This document shows, in pieces, positions 40,038 through 42,858 of a stretch of DNA of 42,858 nt (positions are counted from its first letter, which is position 1; each line of letters starts with the position of its first letter). Below the pieces are notes generated by a model, which was not told the origin of the DNA, ran no database searches, and saw nothing but the letters and a program-made list of their open reading frames with translations. The stretch is from Terracidiphilus sp. (lineage in GTDB: Bacteria; Acidobacteriota; Terriglobia; Terriglobales; Acidobacteriaceae): NCBI GenBank assembly GCA_049284975.1, contig JBAPYY010000797.1:1-42858 (forward strand), given 5' to 3'. The position numbers and the translations under genes are program-made.

Positions 40038-40808
40038 CTAACCGAGTGACGGGAGGCGGTCTGAAATCCCGAAGAGAAAGATGATGCCGATGATGAAACT
40101 ATAGGCCGCGCCGGTCCACGCGATGACATGGTAAAGGCGGGGATGGTGGTGCCCGCTTGAGCTAAACGCTCCGCCCATTGTCGCGGTCATCAATGCATTC
40201 ATAGCCACCAGACCGATAGCGAAGGCCGCCAGGCCCATCATGCCGCGAGAGGTCCCGCCGAGGTTGGCAGTGAGAAAAAACAGTGCCAATTGGCTGGGCG
40301 TCTCGGCCCCGACGCCGTGCAGGATGCCAATGACAAACACCGATTTTCCGTTGTACATCCATTGAAAACGCTGGGGTTCCGGGGCTTGAGGGTTCCAATA
40401 GCGGCGCACCTGCCAAGCCATCCAAAGGACCCCATTAATGGCGATGGCCAGACGGCTTTCGACGCGGCTGTGCGAGTGGCCATGCGCATCCTTGCGCAGA
40501 ATCCCCGCGACCACCCCTATGCCCAGCACAATCAACGTCAACCCGATCAGCCGCTCTGTCCAGTGATCCAGGTTTTCGGGAAGTCCCATGTGCAACTCGA
40601 GCACGGCAATGCCTAACGCAACCACAGTGAAGGCGTGGCCAAGTGCGTAAGTCACGCCCAAGCGCAATCCGCTGCGCCAGTTGTGCTGCACAGCGGTGAT
40701 GTCGGAGATGGCGGCTAGATGATCGTAGTCGAAGCCGTGTCGCAGCCCAAGCACCAGGCAGGATCCGAGAGCGGCATCGAGTTTCCAGTCGCCAAGAATG
40801 GGTAGCAC
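40038..40808 (-). CDS. Nickel/cobalt transporter (NiCoT/HoxN/UreH-like)
   Basis: Signature GLRHGFDYDHLAAI (cf. RHAxDADH), ALGH, His-rich loop HGHSH, GILHGVGAET; multiple TMs; hydrogenase context. Confidence 0.8.
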   Translation of the reverse strand: MLPILGDWKLDAALGSCLVLGLRHGFDYDHLAAISDITAVQHNWRSGLRLGVTYALGHAFTVVALGIAVLELHMGLPENLDHWTERLIGLTLIVLGIGVVAGILRKDAHGHSHSRVESRLAIAINGVLWMAWQVRRYWNPQAPEPQRFQWMYNGKSVFVIGILHGVGAETPSQLALFFLTANLGGTSRGMMGLAAFAIGLVAMNALMTATMGGAFSSSGHHHPRLYHVIAWTGAAYSFIIGIIFLFGISDRLPSLG

Positions 40809-40857
40809 GAAATTTAGTATAGCGCATACGCTTCTCGATTGGCGCGGCAGGTTTCGT

Positions 40858-41580
40858 TCACTTCGCCGGGGTTAGCTGAATCTTGTAATCTCGGTAGTCG
40901 ATGGTAACGGTAGTACGGCCAAGCAGTAAGCTCTCCGATACGGCACGTGCCTGAGTGGCCATGCCAAAGCCGCTCATATTGGCGTATTTGCGCATGACGT
41001 GGGCGGGATCGGTGAAAATGGATGGGCTTTGCGAGGTTGTTCCTTCGAGACGGACAATCGAGCCGTCTGATGCGTCCACCCACAAAGTTCCTTCAATCAT
41101 ATTGGGAGCCTTGCGCCTTGGGGTAATAGCCAGGGCAAGACAATCCTTTCCATCCAGCCGTTCGATTGCGCCCGTTTTCAACTTCATCTGATAGTTATCG
41201 GAGGTGAACCATGAATGTTCCCGAATCCCCGGACGATTGATCTCCTTCTCATTGTCGAGGAGGGTACTCAAAACATGTTTCCTTATGAACTCGGAGCCGG
41301 ACTGGGAGAGGACGGCGTAACTCTTCCCGGTCTCCTTCCGATAGACGGTCTTCACCGTCATCTCAGCCGCGGGGTGAGTCTCATCCTTGCCGCGGTACAC
41401 CGCGTAATGCTCTGTGACGGTATAGCCCGCCACGTGATCGACTCTGGCTCTGACAGCGGCATCAACCTTCCGGACCACAGTTGCAGGATCCACCTGTTGA
41501 GCAGCCGGAGATATGGTTCCCAGCCAACCAAGGAGAATTGCAGCAGTCGTATGCTTCAGGGTTACTCTGCGAAAAATCAT
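40858..41580 (-). CDS. Exported hypothetical protein, LolA/RseB-like (lipoprotein-sorting-like) fold
   Basis: GGAGG RBS before ATG 41580; signal peptide; C..LAITPRR....IEGTLWVDASDGSIVRLEG; C-terminal IDYRDYKI. Confidence 0.65.
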   Translation of the reverse strand: MIFRRVTLKHTTAAILLGWLGTISPAAQQVDPATVVRKVDAAVRARVDHVAGYTVTEHYAVYRGKDETHPAAEMTVKTVYRKETGKSYAVLSQSGSEFIRKHVLSTLLDNEKEINRPGIREHSWFTSDNYQMKLKTGAIERLDGKDCLALAITPRRKAPNMIEGTLWVDASDGSIVRLEGTTSQSPSIFTDPAHVMRKYANMSGFGMATQARAVSESLLLGRTTVTIDYRDYKIQLTPAK

Positions 41581-41706
41581 CTTGCAATGGCCTCCGTGAT
41601 TCGCCATCTGTTTTTAGATTACGCTCGCGAGCCCATCGATTCTTATGGCCAATCGTAGGGACGTGTGCGTTATGCTGGTCTCCGGTGAGAGACACTCTTG
41701 ACTGAC

Positions 41707-42858
41707 ATGATAGATGCGAGACGGGAACAGCACGAGGTGCGGCGTGCGGCATTCGTGGTGCGCGGTGTGGTGCAGGGAGTGGGGTTCCGTCCATTTATTT
41801 ATCGTCTTGCCACGGAAGAGAGTCTGGCTGGGTTTATCGGCAACGACACCAATGGGGTGGCCATCGAGGTTGAAGGGCCAACTGAGCGTATAAGCGCATT
41901 CATCGCGCGTCTGCGCGCGGAACAGCCGCCTTTGGCGCGCATCGACTCGGTCGCGGAGCGCGAGATCGCTCTTCGTGGCGAAACAGGTTTTCGCATCGTG
42001 GCCAGCGAGGTGCTGGGCCGTGTGAGCACCGGGATTCCGGCCGATGCAGCTACCTGCCCGGATTGCCTGCGCGAACTGCTGGACCCCAGCGACCGGCGCT
42101 ATCGCTATCCGTTTCTGAACTGCACAAATTGCGGGCCGCGCTTCACCATCACGCGGCGCATTCCTTACGACCGGCCTCAGACCTCAATGGCAAAGTTTTC
42201 TATGTGCCCGGAATGCCAGCGGGAGTACGACGACCCGATGAACCGGCGCTTCCATGCGCAGCCCAATGCGTGCTCGGCATGCGGACCGCGGGTTTGGCTG
42301 GTGGGGGCAGACCGCGCAGAGATTCCAACTGAAGATGCTGTCGCAGCCTGTATCGATCGATTGGTTGCGGGACAGATCATGGCTATCAAGGGAATCGGGG
42401 GATTCCAGCTGAGCGTGGATGCAACCAACGATACAGCCGTGATGCGCCTTCGTGAGCGCAAACACCGCTATGGAAAGCCACTAGCTGTGATGGTGCGCGA
42501 TCTGGAGGCGGCGCGGGCGGTATGTAAGCTCACCGAAGAAGAAGAAGCCCTGCTTACCACCCCCGCTCGGCCCATCGTGTTGGCGCAGCGGCGCGAGGGC
42601 TGCGGAATTGCCGAGGGCGTAGCGCCGGGAGTTCCGTGGTTGGGCGTTTATTTGCCTTACGCGCCGTTGCAGCATCTTCTCTTCGCCGATCCCCGCGTTC
42701 GCTCGCTGGTGATGACGTCGGCCAACCTCAGCGAGGAACCAATTGCTATCGACAATGACGAGGCTTTGGCGCGTCTTGGCGAGATTGCCGATGTCTTCCT
42801 GATGCACGATCGGGAAATTCTGCAACGCTGCGACGATTCAGTGGAAGCAGTCGTGGAT
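41707..42858 (+). CDS. hypF: Hydrogenase maturation carbamoyltransferase, 3'-truncated by the window edge (absent from the ORF track)
   Basis: Hand translation from ATG 41707: MIDARREQHEVRRAAFVVRGVVQGVGFRPFIYRLA (acylphosphatase domain), DAATCPDC, YRYPFLNCTNCGPRF, MCPEC..EY.DP.NRRFHAQPNACSACGP, IKGIGGF, LVMTSANLSEEP, RCDDSV. Confidence 0.96.
   Translation, partial: MIDARREQHEVRRAAFVVRGVVQGVGFRPFIYRLATEESLAGFIGNDTNGVAIEVEGPTERISAFIARLRAEQPPLARIDSVAEREIALRGETGFRIVASEVLGRVSTGIPADAATCPDCLRELLDPSDRRYRYPFLNCTNCGPRFTITRRIPYDRPQTSMAKFSMCPECQREYDDPMNRRFHAQPNACSACGPRVWLVGADRAEIPTEDAVAACIDRLVAGQIMAIKGIGGFQLSVDATNDTAVMRLRERKHRYGKPLAVMVRDLEAARAVCKLTEEEEALLTTPARPIVLAQRREGCGIAEGVAPGVPWLGVYLPYAPLQHLLFADPRVRSLVMTSANLSEEPIAIDNDEALARLGEIADVFLMHDREILQRCDDSVEAVVD

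Overview
Ordinary-looking chromosomal window (roughly 58-60% GC by eye) whose gene repertoire (proline-rich TonB-domain protein, DUF6526-like protein, LolA/RseB-like exported proteins, Ig-repeat lipoprotein) suggests an Acidobacteriota (Terriglobia-like) genome; this assignment is an inference. The left half is mostly housekeeping and envelope genes: APC permease, murB, acs, galE, a TonB / pseudo-M48 / beta-barrel trio, ftsH, tilS, ispD, ispF, gltX, glnS and an Ig-repeat lipoprotein. The right half (about 23.7-42.9 kb) is an anaerobic metabolism cluster: feoAB, an Fe-S aldo/keto reductase, pyruvate:ferredoxin oxidoreductase (nifJ), a dihydroorotate-dehydrogenase-like flavoprotein lacking the catalytic Cys loop, a complete hoxEFUYHW group 3d [NiFe]-hydrogenase operon, a nickel transporter and the 5' part of hypF. 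Three TGTGA-N6-TCACA-type boxes lie upstream of the AKR, nifJ and hoxE, suggesting one redox/anaerobiosis regulon for fermentative H2 metabolism. No rRNA, tRNA, CRISPR array or mobile element was recognised.
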